DNA of 53,489 nt from Bacteroidales bacterium UBA2198 (GTDB taxonomy: Bacteria > Bacteroidota > Bacteroidia > Bacteroidales > VadinHA17): positions 1 to 53,489 of the forward strand of contig DCVC01000260.1 of assembly GCA_002328625.1 (NCBI GenBank), in the 5' to 3' direction. This document shows positions 9,301 through 18,070 of the stretch, one piece after another; within the stretch, counting starts at the first letter, position 1, and the number at the start of each line of letters is the position of its first letter. The notes below the pieces were generated by a model. That model saw nothing but the letters and a program-made list of their open reading frames with translations. It did not search any database and was not told where the DNA came from. The position numbers and the translations under genes are program-made.

Positions 9301-10121
9301 GGTATGCCGGAATAATTCTTAACCTCAACGGACAGGTCAAGACGGGCGTTGATATAGGATTCGTCCAGGTTAGTGATTGCAAACCAGTCAAAAATGTGCA
9401 TTTTCGGGGCTGCAAACAGCCATATATCGTCGAATATGCCTGCCAGCCTCCAGTAATCCTGGTCTTCCAGGTAATAGCCATCTGAATATTTATGAACATT
9501 TACTGCAACGGTATTTCGCCCGGGTTTAAGGTATTGGGTAATATTATATTCAGCAGGCTCCTGTGCGCCTTCGTTGTAACCGACTTCCTGCCCGTTCACC
9601 CATACAAAGGACGCGGAGGCTGTTTTTTCAAGCCGCAGGAATATTTCCCTGTCCTTCCATGCTTTCGGCAGGGTGAAGGATTTCCGGTAGGAACCGGTCG
9701 GATTGTACTCGCGCGGAACACTGGGAGGATCAGGAATAAATGGCGTAGCTATATTCCTGAAAAGGGGATCTGAATAGCCCTGCATTTCCCAGTTTGATGG
9801 AACATGGATGGTATCCCAATAGCGGTCGTTATAATTTCCCCTGAAAAATCCATCCGGGGTGCCTTCCGGAGTATCGGCATAATGAAACTTCCAGGTACCG
9901 TTCAGGCTCATGAACCAGGCTGATTTTGCTTTAATGTTTTGCAGGGCCTCTTCAACAGAATTGTAAGGTACAAGGGGTACATGTCCATCCTCCTGGTTTA
10001 CCTCAAATATCTCCGTATTTTCAAGGTAATGGTAAATGTTTTTAAGATACCCGCTATCCTGTGATGAAAGCGATAAACAAACGGCAAGGGATAAAAATCC
10101 GAAAAATACATTTTTCATCAT
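6357..10121 (-). CDS. GH2 beta-galactosidase (LacZ-like) with a LamG/concanavalin-like domain inserted in the catalytic domain
   Basis: 1254 aa with a signal peptide. It has a sugar-binding domain, the acid/base motif NHPSILFWSAGNESG, the nucleophile region FMDEYQAVTGNAGGG, and GGAIWDF. A roughly 185-aa block follows (GKGIDLNGHDQWVEV...LTLSLWVYP...WHKVAAVYTGSEISLFIDGEE) that looks like a LamG jelly-roll. LacZ-like sequence then resumes (WPDRRPQPEMLQIKK), and a C-terminal Bgal_small_N-like domain completes the protein. Confidence 0.9.
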   Translation of the reverse strand: MMKNVFFGFLSLAVCLSLSSQDSGYLKNIYHYLENTEIFEVNQEDGHVPLVPYNSVEEALQNIKAKSAWFMSLNGTWKFHYADTPEGTPDGFFRGNYNDRYWDTIHVPSNWEMQGYSDPLFRNIATPFIPDPPSVPREYNPTGSYRKSFTLPKAWKDREIFLRLEKTASASFVWVNGQEVGYNEGAQEPAEYNITQYLKPGRNTVAVNVHKYSDGYYLEDQDYWRLAGIFDDIWLFAAPKMHIFDWFAITNLDESYINARLDLSVEVKNYSGIPGEDYLLRVTLFDSEKKTVKTITSEKFSILPGASLELKLSDEIVNPAKWSAEYPNLYTLTFELINPSGKTEEVISGRIGFKETEIRNQVFYLNGVPIKLNGTNTHMQHPTLGHTMNEETMIRDFNLFKQYNINCVRTSHYPPVSRYLELADEYGIYIVDETGDECHATQYLSELEEWEEMYRERARKMVLRDRNHPSILFWSAGNESGEGINICHVIDEGKKYDPTRYWMYGGNAFAHPCEDIIGPRYPQLFELITNVFLIPAEVDPRPSFMDEYQAVTGNAGGGLDDYWEAIYNHDRSMGGAIWDFVSTGLAEKILTLQDGSGNDVQVNLMGRAKLATGVTGKGIDLNGHDQWVEVYRDEALEISGNQLTLSLWVYPRSLSSSAGTLITKGNYQFGIHQIGKDSLEFYLTTNEKHFTRIALPQNWEYNWHKVAAVYTGSEISLFIDGEESKPAPVSGNIRNTPFPVNIGRNVEIHGQETYVYICDAIIDEVGIFTEVVPLNILGSPSPELKKKAALWLDFEDITEEGEFFSYGIGARTYGSIWPDRRPQPEMLQIKKSGQPVNAKWVSPEQGEIEITNHYHFTDLGELNTVWMLQADDEVIQKGVLDVSLEPGKKKTLVVPFQKPELRDGAEYRLLISFRQKEKRAWADTGYEIAWDQLELPWYKAVSPAEKTPQPSLTINDEESKLSIEGKDFAYVFDKNTGALSSMQFQGKELIREGGRMNAWRAPLANETDEWTFRSANIKHNIPGFGSMAATEWYSSGLDKLHFFLEKFSWERITDQILLIDVKNVLVLGNQKGAFHNHFKYTVHSDGEITIEHNIIPNGNMPSWLPRMGTEWVLDKSLDHVKWYGRGPEENYPDRKSGYKTGIYQSTVNAMVEPYLIPQDYGLRTDNRWVKMLDENGTGLMFKGKELFNFSVHPFSAENLTKALYTYQLHPFEGITFNFDYATSGLGCTARSVFTQYQVLPKRYDFIMSITPVKE

Positions 10122-10239
10122 TTCTTTGATTTTTAAGGGTTATGAAATGAGGTTCTTTCATCGAAAAGGCAAAATATTTAATCCATGACCACAACCTGGG
10201 CAAGCCAGGGTGAAAAAGTATATCAACCTCGAATAACCT

Positions 10240-11262
10240 TTAAGGAGAGGGGTAATTCCACAATAATTCCATGGTTAGTCCGCCGGCATCTGCCAGGTCG
10301 ATGTATTCGTACCGGCCTGAACCCGGCTTACCTTTTTCGCCCCAGGTGCCTCCCATGGACACAACATAACCTTTAGACTTTAAATCTTCCAGTACTTTAT
10401 CCATATCTCCGACAGCAAAAGCCAGATGATGTATACCTTCTCCGTGCTGACGGATATGGTCATCATATACAATGGGAGTGGATATCGGTATGCACCACTC
10501 ATATGCGATATCACCATGTCTTTGCCAGCCCTGTATCAGATCATGGTCTGCCTCACTGTCATAATAATGTTTTTCTCCCAGTACCGGATGATTGATCTCA
10601 AATTCGGGGAATCCTATCTTATGCCAGTATGCGGAAACATCCTGCAAACTCTCGTTATGTATAGCAAATGCATATTGATTGAGTTTCATGTTATGCAGAT
10701 TTTCACCGGTTAACTCACCGGTCATTGCGATTTCGGCATCACCATATGTCAGTCCCAGGTAGAAAGTCCCTTCATCCCTGGTGTCCATTAAAACATAAGT
10801 AAGAGTACCACCTGCAGTTGGAATCTCGATTTCTTCCTTTACATTTACCCCGAGCTGAGACAAGCGTTTTATCTCACCTTTCAGTGACTTCTTATTGTCC
10901 AGCCGGTGCATCAGGCTCATAGCGCCTTCTCCATATGAATCATAAAACTCTGAAAATATGGATCCTTCCCCGAGTGGTTGGATCCATGTGACATGAGCCC
11001 CTCCCAGGTTTGCTTTGGCCATCCTGACTTTAACCACTTTACCGGCTTTTTTCAGATCCACATCCACCGTTCCCATATCCATGACCTTACTGAAGCCAAG
11101 GCGTGCCCATTGGGTGATCGCTTTATCCAGGTCACTGACCACCCAAAATACCTGGTCAACATGTTTAAAATGCTTAGGCATTTCACCTGTTTTCGTACTT
11201 TTTTTCCCGCAGGAAAAAAGAAGGATTATAGCCAAAATCCATAATGTGTTTTTCATATTCAT
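10240..11262 (-). CDS. VOC (glyoxalase/bleomycin-resistance/dioxygenase) superfamily lipoprotein with multiple tandem VOC modules
   Basis: 340 aa with a lipoprotein signal (ILLFSCGKK). VOC-like modules repeat (HVDQVFWVVSDLDKAI..W..LGF; LNQYAFAIHNESLQDVSAYWHKIGF; GIHHLAFAVGDMDKVLEDLKSKGY). Confidence 0.7.
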   Translation of the reverse strand: MNMKNTLWILAIILLFSCGKKSTKTGEMPKHFKHVDQVFWVVSDLDKAITQWARLGFSKVMDMGTVDVDLKKAGKVVKVRMAKANLGGAHVTWIQPLGEGSIFSEFYDSYGEGAMSLMHRLDNKKSLKGEIKRLSQLGVNVKEEIEIPTAGGTLTYVLMDTRDEGTFYLGLTYGDAEIAMTGELTGENLHNMKLNQYAFAIHNESLQDVSAYWHKIGFPEFEINHPVLGEKHYYDSEADHDLIQGWQRHGDIAYEWCIPISTPIVYDDHIRQHGEGIHHLAFAVGDMDKVLEDLKSKGYVVSMGGTWGEKGKPGSGRYEYIDLADAGGLTMELLWNYPSP

Positions 11263-11272
11263 TGTATTATGT

Positions 11273-14188
11273 TTATATTATGACTGGTGTAATGATGACA
11301 GGAACGATCAATTTTTTCTCTATCTTTTTTCCCTCTTTTGTTTGAATAACCAGGATCGCCTCAAAACTTATGTTCATACCAGAGGTGACATCAACCGATG
11401 GAAGTTTTATTTCTATTCCCTGTTCGGCCGGAAAATGTTTGGATAATCCTTGAGTGAGGTAGTCATGATCATAGTTATGGGGACCTTTGACCATGAAGGG
11501 AGCCACCATACTTTTCATAACAGGCAGTCCTCCCAGTTTGACAGAAGTTTCGTTGAACTCCAGATTCTCCGGTTTATCCCAGCAGCCCGCATTTCTTCCT
11601 TTTGCCATCCATCCCTGGGGATATCTTAGTGTCAAGGTCGTTTCTTCCCAATCTGAATCCGTACCGTTTACAATATAAAATCTGACATCCAGCACTTCTT
11701 CTTCCCACAAATGATACCATCCGGGAAAAGGATCCACGGTTCCATAACGGATAAAAACAATACCATTACCATCTGACAGCTTTTCAATTTCTTTTTTTGG
11801 GATGATGTCCGCTTCCGTAAATATTTTTTCAACCGGACTGTCATTCTTTATTCTGACTGATATAGTTTGCCCGGGAAGTACCTGGATTGTTTCCCAGATC
11901 AGCTTGCAACCTGTACCTGTTTGATAAGGCCGGCAGCCTACTTTTATTGTCCAGGTATCAGTATTATGATTTGTAACCTTACATTCTGTTCCGTTAAATT
12001 GTTCCTGCCATGATATATCAAAGAGATAATTCCCGAGTGGCATTTGTTCCCATTTTATATTATCGGGTAACCCAAGTGGAGAAAACAATAATGTCCTTGT
12101 AAGGGCATTTATTTTAACTCCCAGCCATTGTTCAAGATATTGCCATGCCCATGTTCCCTGTCCCTGGCTGCAACGGCTCAAACCCTGTTTAAAATTGAAT
12201 CCGAAAGGCCACCAGTACAATGATGAGGATGGATCACAGATCTTAAATAGTTGTTCCATGTTTTCGGCCATCTCTGAGCGTGAGACAGAACCGCCCAGTG
12301 TTGAAATCCAGCCTGTTCCGTCCAAAACCGGCATACTCCAGCTCGGAAACCATCGGATGGTGCCAAATTCAGGTTCATACGAAGGACAGAATACCGACCT
12401 TGCCCAGCGGTGATAGTTTACCCATGGGGCATAGTCAAATCCATACACTCCATACAGGGGTGCCAGGTGGCTCCCGGTATCTTCACCATCGTAATAAATT
12501 ATCGAATCATGCAAATAAAAATCACCGGGATCTTCACCAAGGTTGGTGCCTCCCGAAATCTGCCTCCCAAAGGGACCATCCGTGACCATGGTTAAATCAA
12601 TATCCTTACTTAATTGCACTGCCAGCTGTTTATAATACCGGGCTTTTTGTTTTTCCCCAATTGTCTCCAGAATCACACCATAACCTTCAAGCGCATAATA
12701 TACTTTCACATTTGTTCCATGGTCATATCTGCGTCCTACCTCACCGTCACTGGAGTATCGCGAGGGGAACAGAACGTATTCCTTTGACTTCAGTGACAGC
12801 AAATCCTTCATAACTTGATCCATGGACTTTATAATTTCCGGGTGGTCTTTAAAAAACCTGATGTCACCTGTCATTTCCAGATATTTCCTGGCAATGATTA
12901 CCGGAGATACAAGTATCGCAACCGAATGTTCACTCCCATACTCACTAACAGGTGCATAATTCCGTTTCAGGCTAAAAAGGATCCCGGGCCTGCCCAGTTC
13001 AGGAGCAATATGCATTGCACTAATAATGGTGGGTTCATAATCGATGCCCCATATGGTTCCCTCCTTGGGAACACCCTGATAATGCGCCAGGAGGTTGCCT
13101 TCTGCATCAGTCTGTAAACAAGAATAATTATCAATGACACACCTGTAATAAATATCCCTGCTCACTTTTGTTTCAAACGGATAATCAGTAGAACTGATTT
13201 CCAGGTTACCCAAACGGCTTTTCCAGAAAGCTGTCGTTTTATTAAGCCAATCCAGGCTGTTCCATGAAAAGAACTGATAAGCCACGGGCATGATCTCCTG
13301 ATATTTCTCACCCAGGATGATGAAGGACTCAATGAATGTGGATTCTCCGGGTTTAAGATCAATTTCCCGGGTGGCAATATAATTTTGCTGATCTTCAGTC
13401 CATTTGCCACGAACCATATGTATACCGACACTGGCTTCAGGCACACTCAGGATCAGAGTATTCCGGTCAATATTCTCATTCGGCGGCCGATTGCGAAGAT
13501 TCTTTTCACCGGTCAATAAAACAGACCCTTTAATATTCTTCTCTCCATTGTTTTTCAGGTATAATATGTAGAATGCTCCCGGTGGCCCTGGTAACGGAGC
13601 CGGAGCCAGTGCGGATCTTCCAGGATCGACGGAAACAGGGGCAAATGTGATGATGGCGGATTCGATATCGCCTGATTTACTATGTGTAACAGGCAAAAAA
13701 TGATCTGCATAATAGGTTTCATTAAAATCCTTATCGTTTACAATGGGTACCATCCTGTCTGAACCATCTGCCTTGAAAAAATACCTGAGGTTCATCAATT
13801 TTACAGCATCAAAATGATAATACATTCCGGGTCCGTACCCTGGACCACTCGGAATGCCGCGGCTCGTTGGTACCGGGTATACCTGTGTAGGCATTGCTGC
13901 ATAACGCATTTCTCCTTTTGGATTCTGGCATACCAGTATCCGGGTGTTGGACTGAATAAATAATAATTCCTCACTGAGCCAGGGATGTTTGTTTATGTAA
14001 TCTGAAGACGAAACCATATCTGCTATTTCAGCTTTAAAATAAGCTGAACGGGGAGCAGTCAAAACATCCTCCCAACTTCTAAAAATCGGATTACTGGCAA
14101 AGGTGCTGCCGGAATAATTAATAAAAATAAAAACAATGATACCTATAATAATAGTAGGCGGACGAAGTGTTTTTGGATAATAATTCAT
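11273..14188 (-). CDS. Large uncharacterised exported or anchored protein. It is a candidate novel glycoside hydrolase, but I recognised no family.
   Basis: 971 aa with an N-terminal hydrophobic anchor or signal (IIIGIIVFIFINYSGSTFA). The central region is rich in aromatic and acidic residues (YYDGEDTGSHLAPLYGVYGFDYAPWVNYHRW...WWPFGFNF...GTWAWQYLEQWLG), reminiscent of (alpha/alpha)6-barrel GHs. The C-terminal part looks beta-sandwich-like. It is embedded between CAZyme genes. Confidence 0.45.
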   Translation of the reverse strand: MNYYPKTLRPPTIIIGIIVFIFINYSGSTFASNPIFRSWEDVLTAPRSAYFKAEIADMVSSSDYINKHPWLSEELLFIQSNTRILVCQNPKGEMRYAAMPTQVYPVPTSRGIPSGPGYGPGMYYHFDAVKLMNLRYFFKADGSDRMVPIVNDKDFNETYYADHFLPVTHSKSGDIESAIITFAPVSVDPGRSALAPAPLPGPPGAFYILYLKNNGEKNIKGSVLLTGEKNLRNRPPNENIDRNTLILSVPEASVGIHMVRGKWTEDQQNYIATREIDLKPGESTFIESFIILGEKYQEIMPVAYQFFSWNSLDWLNKTTAFWKSRLGNLEISSTDYPFETKVSRDIYYRCVIDNYSCLQTDAEGNLLAHYQGVPKEGTIWGIDYEPTIISAMHIAPELGRPGILFSLKRNYAPVSEYGSEHSVAILVSPVIIARKYLEMTGDIRFFKDHPEIIKSMDQVMKDLLSLKSKEYVLFPSRYSSDGEVGRRYDHGTNVKVYYALEGYGVILETIGEKQKARYYKQLAVQLSKDIDLTMVTDGPFGRQISGGTNLGEDPGDFYLHDSIIYYDGEDTGSHLAPLYGVYGFDYAPWVNYHRWARSVFCPSYEPEFGTIRWFPSWSMPVLDGTGWISTLGGSVSRSEMAENMEQLFKICDPSSSLYWWPFGFNFKQGLSRCSQGQGTWAWQYLEQWLGVKINALTRTLLFSPLGLPDNIKWEQMPLGNYLFDISWQEQFNGTECKVTNHNTDTWTIKVGCRPYQTGTGCKLIWETIQVLPGQTISVRIKNDSPVEKIFTEADIIPKKEIEKLSDGNGIVFIRYGTVDPFPGWYHLWEEEVLDVRFYIVNGTDSDWEETTLTLRYPQGWMAKGRNAGCWDKPENLEFNETSVKLGGLPVMKSMVAPFMVKGPHNYDHDYLTQGLSKHFPAEQGIEIKLPSVDVTSGMNISFEAILVIQTKEGKKIEKKLIVPVIITPVII

Positions 14189-14224
14189 GATTTCTATTTT
14201 TTATGTCAATTATCAAATTACCGA

Positions 14225-15916
14225 TTAACGTTTGTTGGCTTTAACCTTCAGCACCATTCCTGGTTCCGACAGATCACCTTCTGAAGCAGCAGCAAGTCCA
14301 GTCTTGTTAATGACATCACCGGGTATTAAAATTCTGTTTTGTTCCACATCAACCATATCTGTAATATCGATGGCTGAATCACCAGCCAGATCCTGTCCGT
14401 ATATCTTATATTTACTGAGATTTTCCCGGTCAGGAAAGATAAGTGTAAGACTTTTAAACCTTCCGAATATACCCACCGGGAAATTAATATCATCCAGATG
14501 AACAGCGACATCTGCCAGCGGATAGTAAATCGTCCTTTCTGAGGAAATCCTTGCAAGAGTACCAATTGCCACAGCTCCATCCGGATGTTTCGAACAGATT
14601 ACATAAGGAGGTTCTCCTTCACATGTCACTTCCGGTAATGACATGCCTCTGGCGACACGTGCCGGTGCAATCTGGATCACTTCTCTGCCGGTCACCCAGG
14701 TAGCCCACGCATCTCCTTCCCGGAAATTCCAGGAATCCTTTAGCATAACTGAATCAAGGATATTATCCGACAATCCCGCTCCATATGCAGGTGCGATCCG
14801 ATGCCAGCGGACGGTCCTTGTAACTTCATCGATCCTGTGTTTAAATCCGAACGGGTCATATTCATAACCTGGAACCTGAACCATATTGGGATGGCGCATA
14901 ATGCCTACGGCACAACCCAGCACAGCCCCGATATAGGGCTCATCTTCGCAGTTAATGATGACCTTCTCTCCTGAACCGGAAAGCTCAGACAGGATCTGGG
15001 CCACCCTGTCGAGAGTGGTTGGAATGGAAAGTTGCTGGGTTATATCGTATGTCCTGAAAACATTACTGATTCTGGCAATCTCAACCACTGTCTGAAGAAC
15101 TTTGCCCTCATCCCATGTACGGTAGCTTCCTATTTTATGATAGTTTGGAGTGTCCCACGGACATTCCTCGTCATTCAGCGGCCCACCGCCACGACCATGC
15201 TCAACATAAAGGCCCGGATAAATTTGTTCTGCCATACGTGTTAAGGATTCCCTGAACTTAAGATCTCCTCCTCTGAAACCATAATCAATTTTCCAGTATT
15301 TTATACCTGAATTTTTACTTGCAGATAATGCTTTAGTATAATAGTTCTTAACACTCTCATCCGGCATAATGACACCATTTTTACGGTCACCATAGGGATG
15401 GGAAGGTACCCATAAACCTGTTCCCTTCCACCCATCAGCCATGACCAGTTCATTCAATTTAACCAGTCTTTCTTCCATCGAACCGGTGCAGGATGGGAAT
15501 TTATCTTCCGCCACCATCATTGATCCCAGGTTCCACTGAGCATTTTCAAATTTCAACATTCCTGGCACATCCCAGCCCAAATCGAATAATAATATTAAAT
15601 CCTTCCTCAGCATATCAGGAAATGCCCGGGACCAGCCATTTTCGCCGAAAACATTTTCTTCAGTAAGATATCCGGCCGTTACAGAATGGCCGCCCAGAGC
15701 AAGGGAATGTTTTACAGACAATGTGTCGGTCGCATAATTCTGTGCTCCCCAGGTACACCAGTAGTCGGGTGATAAGTTCAGCTGATCCGGCACCAGATTT
15801 ATATCCATGATGCCTGAAGGTCTGCATGACGTGATAACAAATATCAATATTAAAAGTGTCCTTAATCTTCCATAAACATAATTCATAACTATTTTTTTTA
15901 GATTATTTCTCTTCAA
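14225..15916 (-). CDS. Putative clan GH-D-like (GH27/GH36-like TIM-barrel) glycosidase lipoprotein
   Basis: 563 aa with a lipoprotein signal (LIFVITSC). The start may instead be the internal Met at 15886. Motifs parallel alpha-galactosidase-fold enzymes: DYWCTWGAQNY (compare GWNSW), LLFDLGWD (compare DDGW), IKYWKIDYG (compare K-x-D nucleophile strand) and FRTYDI. The assignment is by motif resemblance only. Confidence 0.5.
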   Translation of the reverse strand: MKRNNLKKIVMNYVYGRLRTLLILIFVITSCRPSGIMDINLVPDQLNLSPDYWCTWGAQNYATDTLSVKHSLALGGHSVTAGYLTEENVFGENGWSRAFPDMLRKDLILLFDLGWDVPGMLKFENAQWNLGSMMVAEDKFPSCTGSMEERLVKLNELVMADGWKGTGLWVPSHPYGDRKNGVIMPDESVKNYYTKALSASKNSGIKYWKIDYGFRGGDLKFRESLTRMAEQIYPGLYVEHGRGGGPLNDEECPWDTPNYHKIGSYRTWDEGKVLQTVVEIARISNVFRTYDITQQLSIPTTLDRVAQILSELSGSGEKVIINCEDEPYIGAVLGCAVGIMRHPNMVQVPGYEYDPFGFKHRIDEVTRTVRWHRIAPAYGAGLSDNILDSVMLKDSWNFREGDAWATWVTGREVIQIAPARVARGMSLPEVTCEGEPPYVICSKHPDGAVAIGTLARISSERTIYYPLADVAVHLDDINFPVGIFGRFKSLTLIFPDRENLSKYKIYGQDLAGDSAIDITDMVDVEQNRILIPGDVINKTGLAAASEGDLSEPGMVLKVKANKR

Positions 15917-17996
15917 TGATCAGCACATCCCATGGCCTGATGACCAGTAACTCTCCTTTAACAACTGACCTGTCTGAGATCAATTCGGTCCCTGAAGTAT
16001 GAGGATATTTAAACTTCCTGTCAGTGGATGAATAATTATAATAGAAGTGAACCTTCTTGTTGTAATCATTGATTCCGGATTTGGCAATAAGCGGCCAGCT
16101 GAACTGGAAGTCCGGATCGGAAATCCCGGCTCTGCCAAGAGCTTCTTTAATGATCTTCACCTGGATCTGGTCAGAAAATACAGAACCCTCATACAGCAAG
16201 GATCCTTTACCGAAATTATTAATAGTAACTGCCGGGTACTTTGAGAAATAAGGATGATCGTAGAATGCCAGTGGTGTGGCAGTTTCGGGTATTATGAATT
16301 CCATCCACTCCCGCGCGGTATTATCGGGAACATTGAAAGGATTTCCTTTCAGGGGCAGGTCATTAATATTTGAAAATTCCTGGTAATAGAAACCGCATGC
16401 TTCACGCAGGGGGCCCGGTGCAAGGACCGGCCGGACCATCGAATTTTCATCGCAGAATCCGCTTTTGAACTGCATGATCACATGACCGCCATTTTTGATA
16501 TAATTGTTTATCTTATCAATCAATTCATCTGATGCAACGTACAGGGATGGAATAATGACCAGTTTATATTTATCAAAATCCGGTTTTTCCGGGAAAATGA
16601 AATCCACACCCACATTATTCTGGTACAGAACCCTGTGAAACTGGGCCACCAGCTGGTTCCGATAGGCACTGTTAGTTGATTCGGTCCATCCCGGGCTGTT
16701 CTTATCAAATGGCATGAAATTCAATGCATCATTGCAGTCATGGGAAAAAAGGATAGCGACATCATTTTGTTTTTTGAGGTTTACAAGGTGCTGACCAAAC
16801 TTCTGAAGTTCGTGTGCGGTTTTCGAAACTTCCGCGTATGCACGGTTGGGCTGTAAATCATGTGAGAGTACTCCTTTCCAGTACGTTTCCTGTCCATAAT
16901 GTAAGGAATGCCAGTGCCAGTATTCGATCATATTTGCACCTGATCCTATATGGGCATATACATTTTGTCTCAGTTGCCCGGGCCAGGGTGGTTGCTGGGT
17001 ATTGGAGGTCCACCCTATGGTTTGTGCATTGGTTTCGGCAACTAGATAATTCGTGTTTTTTACAGACCTGAAATAGTCTCCGCCAAAAGCAATTTCATTT
17101 CCGGTCAATTCATCCTGCTGTCCATGATAAATATTTACAGCCATCACATCCATATACCGGGAGCTTTCAATCTGGTCGATATCCTGTACAGCCGGCATGA
17201 AACACTGGGTTATGAACTGGTAGTCGCTCTTGTATTCCATTACTATTTTAGACTGCCACTGCAGAAAATCTACCACTGCTTTGCGGTTAAAGCGAGCCCA
17301 TTCCAGCTTATAGCCGGTGTTGGTAACCCCATCACGGGGAGGTACTTCCTCCCAGCTGTCAATGGTCATGCCCCAGTAATTCAATCCCCATATTTTATTA
17401 AGATTTTCCGTTGTTTTGAATTTCTTTTTCAGGTAATTTACAAAGCTTACCTGAAAATCGTAATTATGAACTCCTCTTGAGGTGGTTTCATTATCAACCT
17501 GAAAACCTATGATTACCGGATGGGTGGCGAAATGTTCCATCAATTTACGGATGATCCTTTCGGAATAAAAAAGGAATGTAGGATTGGTGATATTCATATT
17601 CTGCCTGATGCCATAATATGCCTTCTCTCCGTTTCTGTATGTCAGCAGAACTTCAGGATGCTTATGCCATAACCAGGCAGGTATGGAATAGGTTGGCGTT
17701 CCAAAAATGACCTTTATGCCCGCTTCATGCATTTTGTCCAGGATACGATCCATCCAATCAAATTCAAATTCACCGTCCCTGGGTTCAAACAGGCTCCATG
17801 TGGATTCACCTACACGAACGACCGAAATACCGGCTTCTTTCATCAGCCGGATATCTTCATCCAGCCTGTCAAAAGGCATATATTCATGATAATAGGCAGC
17901 TCCATAAAGTACGTTGTTAAAAGGTTTAACCGGCTGTGACCTCAGGCTGATCGGTAATATAAAACAGAGAAGAAAAAAACTGATTTTTGTTTTCAT
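15903..17996 (-). CDS. GH42 beta-galactosidase
   Basis: 697 aa with a signal peptide. The N-terminus is the classic GH42 form YGAAYYHEYMPFDRLDEDIRLMKEAGISVVRVGESTWSLFEPRDGEFEFDWMDRILDKMHEAGIKVIFGTPT. The acid/base is in FQVDNE, followed by trimerisation and C-terminal domains. Confidence 0.92.
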   Translation of the reverse strand: MKTKISFFLLCFILPISLRSQPVKPFNNVLYGAAYYHEYMPFDRLDEDIRLMKEAGISVVRVGESTWSLFEPRDGEFEFDWMDRILDKMHEAGIKVIFGTPTYSIPAWLWHKHPEVLLTYRNGEKAYYGIRQNMNITNPTFLFYSERIIRKLMEHFATHPVIIGFQVDNETTSRGVHNYDFQVSFVNYLKKKFKTTENLNKIWGLNYWGMTIDSWEEVPPRDGVTNTGYKLEWARFNRKAVVDFLQWQSKIVMEYKSDYQFITQCFMPAVQDIDQIESSRYMDVMAVNIYHGQQDELTGNEIAFGGDYFRSVKNTNYLVAETNAQTIGWTSNTQQPPWPGQLRQNVYAHIGSGANMIEYWHWHSLHYGQETYWKGVLSHDLQPNRAYAEVSKTAHELQKFGQHLVNLKKQNDVAILFSHDCNDALNFMPFDKNSPGWTESTNSAYRNQLVAQFHRVLYQNNVGVDFIFPEKPDFDKYKLVIIPSLYVASDELIDKINNYIKNGGHVIMQFKSGFCDENSMVRPVLAPGPLREACGFYYQEFSNINDLPLKGNPFNVPDNTAREWMEFIIPETATPLAFYDHPYFSKYPAVTINNFGKGSLLYEGSVFSDQIQVKIIKEALGRAGISDPDFQFSWPLIAKSGINDYNKKVHFYYNYSSTDRKFKYPHTSGTELISDRSVVKGELLVIRPWDVLIIEEK

Positions 17997-18070
17997 AACG
18001 ATTAATTTTGATTTTTGAGTTTTAATCTTTATTACTAATCATCGTGTAAGAAATGTATATCTACATTTAC

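Noticed and set aside
18051-18068. AT-rich 7-bp palindrome (aaatgta-tatc-tacattt) just after the serine-hydrolase stop, considered as a terminator
   Set aside because: The stem is weak and all A/T, and no U-tract follows it on the sense strand. The GH42 gene follows within 75 nt in the same operon orientation. I did not call it a terminator.
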